DNA from: Takakia lepidozioides | Taxonomy: Eukaryota > Plantae > Bryophyta | Direction: 5' to 3' | DNA: 64,000 nucleotides | Assembly (NCBI GenBank): GCA_030704615.1 | Contig: CM060733.1 | Span: 37,014,001 to 37,078,000 of the forward strand | Shown: positions 26,501-38,500 of the stretch, piece after piece | Layout: each line of letters opens with the position of its first letter | How positions within the stretch are numbered: position 1 is the stretch's first letter | Position numbers and translations under genes: made by a program | The notes under the pieces: generated by a model | What the model was told of the DNA's origin: nothing | Databases searched by the model: none | The model's input: the letters and a program-made list of their open reading frames with translations, nothing else

Positions 26501-29500
26501 ATGGGGTCTGAATCTGTGAGGCGGAACCTGGTGACACTTGTGAAAGCAATCGTTAAAGATATCCTCAAAATCACTATGGTTGTTTAGTTGTAAACCTTGG
26601 ACTTGGTTGATCTAAATTAGTGTGTAACACTGACAGATGGATTTGCTACTACGACCGTACGACCTGTGCACGACTATCAAACTGCACTCACTAAATATAG
26701 TGGACAAGATTCAGGGGGATGTTTCCCCCTCATGTCAGTACCTTGCTCGCTCAGGGCTTGCTGCTAAGATGAGTGATGAGGATGGGAGGTTTTCGAAGCA
26801 GTCGAGTCTTATAAGCAAACCAATGGATGATGAAGAAGAGGTATTTGATGATGCGCTGATGGATTTCAGCACGCCAGCGTCCTCAGAATTTGGCAGCCAT
26901 GCCAGCTTCTTTCCCCACAATTTGTCTTATGGTACAATAAACTTCAGAGGGGCCGACGATGACTTCACGGCCTACTGGGGACCTCAGCTACATAACCTTG
27001 TGAAAGAAGGGGATGAACTGGACTGTAGTTGTGATGAATCTGAAGTTGAAGGGGTGTCAGATTTTGTGAACATGCGACTTGTTATTCAGCAGACAGAGTC
27101 TCCAGATTACAATGGCACAGATGTACAGGTATGTGTGGGATTGGTGCACACTATTATAATTTAAAGTGAGCTTTGTGTGCTTGAATTAGATCTTTTAGTT
27201 TCCAGCTGGTGGGAGCTTGGTTAGAATGAAATGCAGAAGCAGTGGCTGTAAGAATTAACAGTGGAAAGAGAATTTATCGTTTTGTCTGTTGTAACATGGA
27301 GGGAGAGCAAATTCTGGTTGGATTACTGACATAGGCTGGACTGATGCTAGGAGATTTTGATCTTTCTGCTAGTCTCAGCTGCAGCACAAGTCAGGTTTAC
27401 TTTTGTGAAGTGCGATACAACTCTGAAAGTTCCAGCAGGAAGAAGAGATCAATGAGAAATTGCCAGACTGGTTTCGTGTGCAAGATGAGAGGAAATTTGA
27501 TGGGGTTTGACAATGTTGATCTACTCTGGCATCCTACCAATGTCTGGCTTAGTGTGATTCTTTTTTGACATGCCTGTGTGACTACTTCTGGGCAGGTGAG
27601 CTTGCGGATGGCGACGTTGGACTTTTTCTGCAACCGGCCCACTGTTGTAGCATTGATGGAGTTGGGCACTGAATTGAGCGAGTCCTTTGAGGGGAAGGAC
27701 TTACCTGCACAGGTTGGAGAGGTGATTTCACCTGGCGTAAGCCCGGAAGCTGTGGTCCAGCGAGATATAGTGAAGGGATTGCTGGGTCGTGGCAAATCCC
27801 GGGTGATGTTCAGGTTGAAGATGGACATGGAGAGTGCCAGAATTTTCATGAACAAGGAGGATGGGTTACAAATAGCCATGTTAGCTCAGGAAAAATTTGA
27901 AATGGATCTTAAGGTGAGGTCAATTCTGAATTTGGATCTTGTTTGCTTCTCTCTGTCTCATCATGAGAAATTGTGAGGTGGGGCAGTACAGAGAAGCGAG
28001 TTGGAAATGGTTGGAGTGGCAATAGAGGGAGGAGAAATGAAGGTGTAGATTAAGAAGGTTGCTGATGGTTGCTGTTTGGAGCATTTGAGTTACGCTGTTA
28101 TGGGTGCCTGCAGGTCTATCCAAGTTCACTTGCAATTTCAGGCACCCTCGGAAACCTTCGAGTGTGCGACATGTCACTCGGCCGTGATCATCATTGGGGC
28201 TGGTTGTGTGATATTCGTGATCCTGGTGCCAGGTCGCTTGTGGAGGTAGTCCTTTTGTTATTTGTGGAGGTGCTTAGCTCTTGCAAAGTGTTGTATGGAT
28301 CAAAGATGGTTTTTGATTAATGTGAAAGCATGTAACGTTATTGGGGTGTGGTCCATCCAATTTAGAGCTGATGCACTGTTGATGCCTGTATGTCCTATGG
28401 TGAGATGCATGTGGGTGGTGTCTATTGACGATCTCTTATGGAGTTTAGACTAAGATATTTTTATGCATCGGATTGCAGGATGATAACTTTGTTTGGTATT
28501 AATATATTGCTGATCCATGTTACAGCTGGAGTTCAAGTCCTTCAACAAGGATGATGATGATTATAAAGGGTTTGACTACTGTCTTTCTGGGAGGCTTTCA
28601 GCTGTGCGGCTTGTGTTTCTATATCGGTTCATTCAAGAGGTATCTTTTGAGTGCTATGCCCTTTTCATGTTAAACAGGTTCAGGATCAATGTTCTGCTCT
28701 GGACTCTTCAGTTTGGTATCTTTGGTGATGGAAGGAGTGGGAAATGTCGTCTTGAACCTCATGTTCGAATCACAGACCACCCCCGCAACTGCTTGCAGAT
28801 TGTTGTAGCCTTATTGATATTTGTATAGGGTTGTCGATGATTGATATGTTTGGATGAACAGATCACAGCATATTTTGTGGCTCTTGCAACCCCACAAGTA
28901 CACGAGGTGGTAACAGTTGTAGACAAAATGGGAGGAATCGAGAAGCTTATACTACAATCTGATCTAGAGGGTTTTCCGGCTGTAAAGCTGGATTTTTCTC
29001 TGGACACGCCCATCATTATCATACCTCGTTGTTCCAACAGCCAAGAGTAAGTTTCTGCATTCACAGTTGCCCGGTTACTTAGGTCCTGTCAGTAAGATGA
29101 GTCCTTTTGTGTTTCTGCTGTTTATTTTTCTCAAAGAAGAACCACATTACTGAGAGAAGCCAGCAGAATGAGTGAAAGGGAAGAGGGTCTGGCCCCAAAA
29201 CGACCTGAAGATCAAAAGAAAATCAACTACCTGTCAACTGCCAAAGAAGTCTTGGAAGCTGCTGCCACTTGAACTCTAGAAGTACGAGCCACAGCTGGGA
29301 TCTTTCATGCCTGAGTCTATACTCCCTGCATTGTGCACTTGAAAACCATGAGGTATTCCTCAAAAGGAATGTTAGAGTGGTGCTGATGAGTGGCCCTCTT
29401 CCACAATACTAAGTTTCAAGTGAGTGTGCATGCCTTTCTCTGTCAAGCTGCATTTGTATGTGGCTCGTACCAAGTGTAGTCCTTGTTTTAAAAGGGACGA

Positions 29501-32500
29501 TATCAGTGAGGCAGGGGAAGAGTAGCAGATTTAGCATATGTAGCTGAATGTAAAGTTTGTCACACTGGTACTGGGTCGTCCTTCCGAAAGCATTTAGTTG
29601 TATTTAGTAGAACTATTCTAACAGGAGATTTTCTAGGTTGTTCTGTCCAGAAAAAGATACAAGTGGGTCTTGTATTTATGGCTGCTCTGCTCCTGATGAG
29701 ATTGTGCTTGTGAGAGTGAAGCAATTGCCACACTGAGACCCTCCCGATGTGGATCATATCTGTTTGCCATTGTTTGTTTGCTGGAGATGGATCTCGCAAG
29801 GTACATCAAGATCATATAGGTGCAAGTCCAGGGTGGTAGGTTGATTTGTTTTTCACAAGGTGGGGTGTGATCTTCTTTCTACAGTACTGTTGGCTGCTCC
29901 AATGGCCATTCATCTGACCCCCCATGTGTGTCTAGGTTCATGCAGTTAGATTTGGGTCAGTTGGAGGTCCATAACAGCTTTGAGTGGCACGGCGGTGAGA
30001 AAAGTGATACTTCTGCTGTCCATGTTGATGTGCTTTTTGCGGAGGTATGTTGTTGCTCCCATTATCTTCAGATTTTGATAGTGGTGCAGAACAGTACTTG
30101 GACTATCCTCTCACTTTTGAATTGTCAAGCTGTTTTCTCATGTTCTGCTAGGCAAGTCTCGGATGGCGAGGATTGGTTTCCTCCGCCCCTGGTTTTGTCT
30201 AGGTCTGAATGAGTAACAGTATGAGTAAGTATATCGTAGCACAGAGTTTGACCTGGTCAGGACGCCAACGCAATCGATTTTGTGTTTCATTCTTGGTGCT
30301 CCGAGATGATAGAATCTTAAGTCCCAATTACCTTTCGGCATCTTTATCTCCTTCCCTCCTGAGGGCATTGGGGCGGTTCAGGGTGGGTTCCGACTACCTA
30401 CGGATAGAGACTGGCAGATGGGAAAATCTGCAACGGGAGGACTGCCTATGTCCAGCTTGCACAGGGAGACTCCACTGTTTATTCCGTGGAACCCAATCTC
30501 TCACTGAAGTCTTCCACTATGAGGATCAGAAATGCTCGGCAGCTTACTCTGGTTTCTTGGTTTCCAACATTGTTGCAGCATCAACCATTTGTTATGTGGC
30601 TTGCATTGAAATTCTGGTGCAGATGACAGGCATTAACATGGTAGTTGGGATAGAAGGCCAGCCTGGCAAGGGCATGATTCAAGAAGCAAGGGGACTTCAG
30701 GTTAAAGTTCAGCGGCCTTTACGAGACTTATTCAAGAAGGTGCCAGAGGTGACAGTGGATGTGCAGGTAAATTGTTTATTCGGGGATTGTAGGTATTCTT
30801 GGAATAGCTTTACAGGGCCATTGAATGGTTGGTCGTCCGTAAATGAGTTGGCAACGAGTGAGTGGTCATTGAGAGGCCCTGCATGAGGCCACATAGGATT
30901 CTTCTAATACTGGATGGTCTGGAGGCACTTTTTTCTTATGGTCCTTCACCTCTTACCTTATCGGTCCTTGCGAATATGCATTTTACCTTAACAACCATTT
31001 TTTCATTTGTTCATGACCTTTATCTCTTTGCGTTGTCCATGCCAAGGTGACGTATGATAAGTGATGTATAGTCTAGTTGTAGTTCTTTGACATGTCTTTC
31101 CTTGATGCCTTACCCTGGTGCGCGTTGTTTGCATCTTTGAAAGATCTTAACATCGCCTATCGTTGTTTACCTCTCATATGTGAGTAAGATAGACATGGTT
31201 ATAGTCTTGTTTAGATTGTACTCATAAGACGTTGTTTGCCGTAGCCTTATAGTCTTGTTTAGAGAGTAAGGGCTAAGGTGTACTTCCCCATATGCTAAGG
31301 TAAGGCACAACTTGGTCTTCTTTGGGAGATTCTGGGGAGAGGGGTTTATTCTTCCAATGATTTTTGTCCCCTTTACTTTTGGGGAGGAAAAAAAAATCCT
31401 TTCGGAATTTTGCATTTTGCATGATGACCCTTTGTTCAACGAATTGTCGTACCCTCCTGTCTTATGAGATATTATGAAGCGCTCGATTAATTAAGATGAG
31501 GAATGTTCCTGAACTGCGCATAATCACCAATGTTGTAGGGCCATTGGTGACCATTTTCCATAGAACCTATACTAGATTCAACCTTGCTAAATTCAATGGT
31601 ACTTGCCATTTTCTTTTACAAACTTAAGATGCTTACCCTAGCAGATTCCTGAAAATTTGTGTGGTTGTTACCAGTGTTGTGAGGGCGTCACCTTTTTGTA
31701 GATACCTGCAGGGTCGAGGTAGGTGTATTTTTCAATTTCTTATACCAGCCTGGTTCCATATATTGGCCAGGTTTTTTATTTTATGATACCCGCTTGTTCC
31801 AGGTTTTGGTTGCAGTAAATACAAATAAGGTATTTATCATCCCTTGGGGGTAGGTGACACGCAGTCATTAGGATCATCAACGCATGTTTCAGACATACAC
31901 TTCTTACCATCCTATAATACCCGAAGTGGAATACCTGCTTCGAGCAGGTAATGAATGTCTCAATCCCATAGGTTTAAGGGTGTTGATCTTGTAATAAGTT
32001 TTCTAAAATAGCCTGGTTAGAGGTAGTGGGCAGGAATCTGAATTTTCATATCCACAGGGCTTGGTTTTCTAGTATAGATTACCTGAGTGATAACTGGAGA
32101 GATTCTGATAACCACCCAACACTGATTGTTAGTTGGAAGAGCTTTGTTAAGTGTCATCCTTTCTGTCCCCTATTGGTTTATGAAGGCTTCTAAAAGGTTT
32201 CTCCATTGATTGGGCTGAGTCCTCTCGCATTCGTGCTGAGGGACAGGCTGGTTTCCGTCGCAACAGATCCACTATTGACCACATCTTCACTCTTCAGGTT
32301 ATGGTGGAAAGTGCACGCTATGACAAAAGAATGGTCTATGTTTGCTTCGTGGACTTTCACAAAGCCTTTGATTCAGTTCCTCGGGACCTTCTCTTCCAAC
32401 GGCTCCATAGAGTGGAAGTCCCTCCAGACATCCTTTGTGCCATCTCTTCTATGTATGAGATTGTCACTGGCATGGTCCACGTCGCTGGTGAATTCTCAGC

Positions 32501-35500
32501 CGAGGTCCACAGCAACATTGGAGTCAAACAGGGCTGCCCCCTTTCACCTACCCTGTTCGGGATCTACATTGACGCTTTGGAGAATTACATATCAAAAAAC
32601 CATGGGGTTGGGGTACCATTGGATGGGGGACCAACGCAATCAGATCTCCTCTACGCTGATGATGTTGCCCTTTTGGCACTATCCCCGGTCTTCCTGCAAT
32701 GCCATCTCAAAATTTTGGAACAGTTCTGCAAAGACTATGGGATGCAAGTCAATCTTAGCAAGACCAAGATCATGGTCTTCAATGGCCAGGCTGATCGTAG
32801 ATTCATCTTCAACCAGCAGGAAATTGAGATTGTGAAATCATACCGGTACCTGGGTCCGGTTATCCGAAGTTTAACTTTGCAGCCACTGCCTTGGACAGAT
32901 TGACTAAAGGTAAGGCGGCCTCCGTCCGCCTTCAGGCCAAATGCAAGCAAATACATCTGCGTCATCCCCCAACCAAAAAGTGGCTGTTTGACACTGTCGT
33001 CAGCCCTGCTACCATCTATGGTTGTGAGTTCTGGGCACCTGGTGTCCCTGTCTCCTGGTGGGAAAAGAATTTGGAGCCATTACAGTCATCTTTTCTCCAA
33101 GCAATGCTTGGCGCCAGGAGCACAACTCCATCTCAGATCCTAGGGGCAGTGTTCGCATGTGTACCATTGCAATCCGAGGCCCTCTTCCGGCTTACAATCT
33201 TTCTCCATAGATTACAGGCCCTTCCACCCAAGGGGCTCGTGGCAAGGGCCCTCACAACATCTATGAGGCTCAAAGCTGCAGGTTTCAGGAACTCCTGGTA
33301 TGCTCGAGTGGACAGTTTATTTCAACGTAACGGACTTTCTACTGCTTTCCTATTACCAATGAATCCAGATGAGGTGGACATCACGTCCAGACATGACCGC
33401 AACAGACTCATTAGGAGAGAGCTTATGGAATTACATGTCCAGAGAACTTGGAAGCTACCCAATCTCACAACAAAGCTCCACTTCTATCGAGAGACATTCT
33501 TGGTGCTCTGCGACAATAGAATCTTGAGACCAAATTACCTTTCAGCATCCTTATCTCCTTCCCTCCTGAGGGCATTGGGGCGGTTCAGGGTGGGTTCCCA
33601 CAACCTACGGATAGAGACTGGCAGATGGGAAAACCTGCAACGGGAGGACCGCCTATGTCCAGCTTGCATAGGGCGCAGCCAGGAATCGAAACTGAAGCAC
33701 ACTTCTTCTACTGCCCTCTATACTACGAGATCCGTGGGAGATTCCACTGTTTATTCAGTGGAACCCAAACTCTCACTGATGTCTTCCACTATGAGGATAA
33801 AAAATGCTTGGCAGCCTACCTCACGAGGCCTTCACCCTTCGACATTCGCTAGAACATTAATTGTGGTTTCTGGACTTGTTCCTCTCTCATGTTTCCATTC
33901 TGTCCCGTAAGCTCTATGAGCTTTCCGCGGACGTTATAAAGTACCATTTCATTTCATTTCATTTCCATTGTAATTTAGTGCTGTGGTGAAGTTGATGAAA
34001 TTGCTTCTGAGGTAATGAAATGTAAGGTAAGGTAAGGTAAGGAATTGTTATTTCTGCACCAAAACATGGCTTTCATGTGCCATGCTAACTCAAGCTTAGT
34101 TTCTTTCGTCAAGCAGGTTTTGATGCTGAGGGGAGTCTTGTCAGACAAAGAGTATCTGGTCATTATCGATTGTGCAGCCACTAATGTAGGAGAACCACCA
34201 AATCTTCCACCCCCTTTTCGAGGGACTGGGAGGGTAAGTGAAGCAACCGGTGAGGAGGGGATTCAGCTCGAACTACCAACAGAATCTGAGTCTGAGTGGC
34301 CTCCTGCAAGTGGTGGGCACATTACGTATGCCTCAGCGTCACCCAGCTGGACTAAAGTTCGTGCCAGTATTGATGTTCGTCATGCGGAGTTGGAGCTGTA
34401 TATTAGTGATGAATGTGAGTCAGCTCTTGCACGTGTTGAGGTAATGGCCCTAACAATTTAGTATCTTTCTTTCATGCAGCACTTGGGGATTCAATTGCTC
34501 ACTTTATGTAAGACTGTTGTGTTTGTGATTGTCAATGACTAGATTGTCTTTTGATAGTGCCGGAAAGGCAGGTAATCCAGATCGTGATCCAGATTTCTTG
34601 TTGGTTTGAGCAGAGAGTAGCAACTTGGTGGGTGTTGTGGAGTTTTGTGGATGCACTTGCTACATCTTTTCTTGGGGTTTTGATTGAGATGATTCTCCCC
34701 ATTTGTGATATTGTAGTTTGCAGATACTTCTATTCTCTACTGGAGCAAGCCTTTGTGATGGAACCTTTTTTTGCCTTCATATGTATCTGGGCTGGTATAT
34801 TTACCACTATCTATTGTGCTGTATCAGCACAATCCATGTTCATATGGCTACAGTATCTACATTCTTTGGGGGTGTGTTTGTCTGGCAGAATGGAGAATGT
34901 TGTCCCCTTTTTCCTGCTCTGTGTTCGAAGTAGCTAGTGTTTTTCAGAGCAAGTGCTAGGAAGGATATATCCAGGGGTATAATAAGCTTATCTAACATCT
35001 GTAAGGTTCTGGGGATGACTTATTGCAGATCGAGCAGTTTTGGTTGACTTATTGCAGCTCGAGTGCAAATAACATGGACATCCTGGTCACCCTACCTAAG
35101 TTTTCGGTGTTGGATCAACGACCGGACACAAAGCCAGAAATGCGGTTGATGGTTGGTTCGATGGAAGATCTAGATACAACTGGGGCCTGCTCAGACAGGC
35201 TAAATTTAAGTGGTGATGATAGGCAGTCAGAGGTTCTAGTTCCGCAGCTGACAATGCTGGTCATGGACCTACGCCTCAAACCAGATTCTCAAGCTATTGT
35301 TTTACGTTTGCAGCGCCCTCGGCTCCTTGTAGTGGTGGACTTTCTTTTTGCAGTGGGAAAGTTTTTTGTGCCTACTTTGGGGACCATGACTGGCAGAAAT
35401 GGACGTGATCAAAATGACAGCTTCAGTCTTTATGACCATATCCATCTCAGTACCTCTCCTTTTTTACAAGAAGAGGAAACAGTAATTCTGTCCAGTGACC

Positions 35501-38500
35501 AACGGCTGTTGGCAGATGCTCTTGATATCGAGGAATTTGTGTACGATGGTTGTGGAAGAGTTCTAGTCTTAGATGTCAAGGATGACGCGATTGATTCTTT
35601 AGATGTAACGTCATCACCTCTCATCATGGTAGGCTGCAACAAGAAACTTCGCTTCAAGAATGTGTGCATAAAGGTATGCTACCTTCTACACCAGTCATGA
35701 AGGCAGAAAAATGACCATTTTTTCCCAGCTGGGTTACCTTACTGATGCCTATTGCACTTTAGTCCCACCTTGTATCGGTCTTCTTTTGTTGAGCCTGGTA
35801 AGCTCAGAGTAGGAACGGGATTACTATTGTGGAGGGCACACAATTGGCTTGTTTGACTTCATCATGCCTTATACATTTAACTAACCTCCTTTTACAAATG
35901 GATTGTTGCTCTGCTCCTTTGGTGTAATACATTTGTATGAACTGTATGAACTAGGAAGGGATGAGGGATGCATTTGTCAGTTATTCATGGATCTCACCAT
36001 CCTTCTATTTACAACTAATTTACAATCGATCTGTCCCCAATGCTGCATAGCTTGTGTTGCCTGTCAGGCGTCTTCCTGTGACCCCTATTTGAGGTGGAGT
36101 CTTCCCAAAGTTGGATGCAGTGCGTCCTTTTGCAAGTTGGTGGCTTGTTCCTGAACAAGCTACCTGTTCCCATGAGATGGAATACTTTTTAAACTGGTAG
36201 TATCTGAACTGAAGTTCTCTATCTACTTGATACAATGCCTCTAGGACTAGGAAGCGCTGCCGTCATCTCCTTATCCCAATAATTCAGGCCTCCAGCATGT
36301 CCACATTTCCTTAGCAAGGATACCTTCAGCCAGATTGTCCCTTCTGTCCACTGCCATATGGACCTCATTCTGAGATTCCTCTGAGAAAACCTCTTGGCCA
36401 TTACTAGGCATTGGATGTATTCATTGGAATTGATGCACATTAGACCTGCTGTAGCCTAAGGAACCTATTATATCATTTGATGATAAACTACACAAGACAA
36501 ATATCCAATTGATATCCAGAATCGTCTACCTTTGAAAATGAAGCTGAGTTTGGTTTTCCAGATTTTCTGGTGAATTGTTTTTTCCCTAGAAACATGCAAT
36601 TACTGAGCTCATGATTTGGACCCAAGTAGGGCTCCTGTATTCCTCATCATTCCTCTTTGAACTGTAAAAAACGGTGCAATGAGAGGAGGGCACTACATGA
36701 AGAATGGTAAAGTAGGCTTGCTTGACTTTTTTGTCTGTATCTGCCGCTTTGAGAGAGCTCTCAGCCTGTGGTATATTTTCAAAAAAGTGTAACAATCCTT
36801 TGGTGCAACCCAGTAGTATGACAATGGTATTCATCTTATGTAATCGTATTGTCAATCTTACAAAAGATTGTCTACTCGTGAGCATTAAAAGACCTATTTT
36901 TTTCAGGCCTTCAGTTGGAGTTATTTTTGAGTAGTTTTCCATTTGAGTTTTCTCTCTCCTGCCTGACTATTCAAATGACTGCATGATTATCCATTAGTGA
37001 TAGTATTAGAAATGTGTGTTGCAATATGCTATTGCACTTGTGACCATGCTGTTGCTGCACATCTCAACATGTGAACCTATATATAGGTGTATGTGTATGT
37101 GAAAGAAAAACTGTTTCCCTCTGAGAGGTCAACAAGGCCAGCTAGCCCAAGGTTATGTCAGCTTTTCTGACTTGTAAGCTTTGTTAGTCTTTGCTTTAGC
37201 AGCAATCTCAGGCTTGGGGGGCTAGGTGACATTCTGGCTTCCGTCTCTTGGGAAGCTGATCAGTGTGATGACCCTGTATATACTCACTATGTATCTGTAC
37301 TGGCTGGCCTGGCCAGAGTTGACTTGTCAAGATTAGGATGGAGGTCTTTGGTTTGTATGCTTTGATCTCGGATATTTCCCTGCTTTCTATAGAACTGAGA
37401 GACTAACTAACTAATTAGAGTAAAAATGTAAAACAAAGAAGAGAGGGCCAAGTGAGAGAGTAGTAATGAGTAATGTCATATCTAATTGGGTATATACAGT
37501 TTTTGGGTTGTATGATTGAGGAGCTATTATTCAGAAAAGCATGTCTTTTCTTTGTCTTTACAAGACAAAATAGTGCTGGGACTGCACCAGTTGATGAAGG
37601 ACCCCCTCCCTTGGTCATGTGCAGAATGGTTTCCGGCTCAATGAATGTATCCATCTCAGCACTGACAGCAGCTACAGCGCCTCTCCAGAGGATGGTGTTA
37701 TTATGGAGGGCATCGATGTTGATGGTAGTGGATGGAACTCAAGACAAGACTTGTGGGCTATGAAATCCCCCGTGTCCACCTGTGCGAGCCCAATAAAAGG
37801 CCCTAATCGGGAACAAAAAATAACAACTTCAGTAGTTAACAACTTTGTTGTTGATGTTCAGGTATTTGCCAATCTTTCTGATGCCAATGGCATGGACTAG
37901 TGAACTTTGTACCTGATGCCAGTAACTTGTGGATTAGACATAGAGAGTCATATTTGCTGTCTGTGGCTGCCATAGGTTTGGGCATAGACTCGGTTTTCAT
38001 TGCAGCTCTAAGTGGGGAGTGGAGAACACTGCAAAGTTTTTCTTCCACAGGCCTGAAGCAAGTTTCATAAACTATTTTCCAGTTCATAAGAGAGAGGGAT
38101 GGATAACTTGACACGAAAATCGGTCTCTACTCTTGCTTCGGTCCTGAGACTTAATGTGTGTGAATAGAGTATATTCGTGTTATGTGCAACCCTGGAAGAA
38201 GAAAAGGCAAGGAATTGGATGGACAGACAGTGTGCATGGTTTAGACTTTTGTGAATCCTGCTGTGGGTTCTAACAGCAAGGTCCATACTAGGGTGGGTTA
38301 CTTATTTTTCTTTGGGCGGTGTTTTGAATGACATGCAAATTCAATGTAATTTTGCAGGCTATAGCTCCAGAACTTACTTTCTATGACAGTAGAAAGTGGC
38401 CATCCGGAAGCTCTCAACGGGAAAGGGTTCTCAGGGCGAAACTAGACTGCTACCTTATGTGAGTTCCAGTAGCTTGGGTCTGCTGGATTTGATTCATGAC

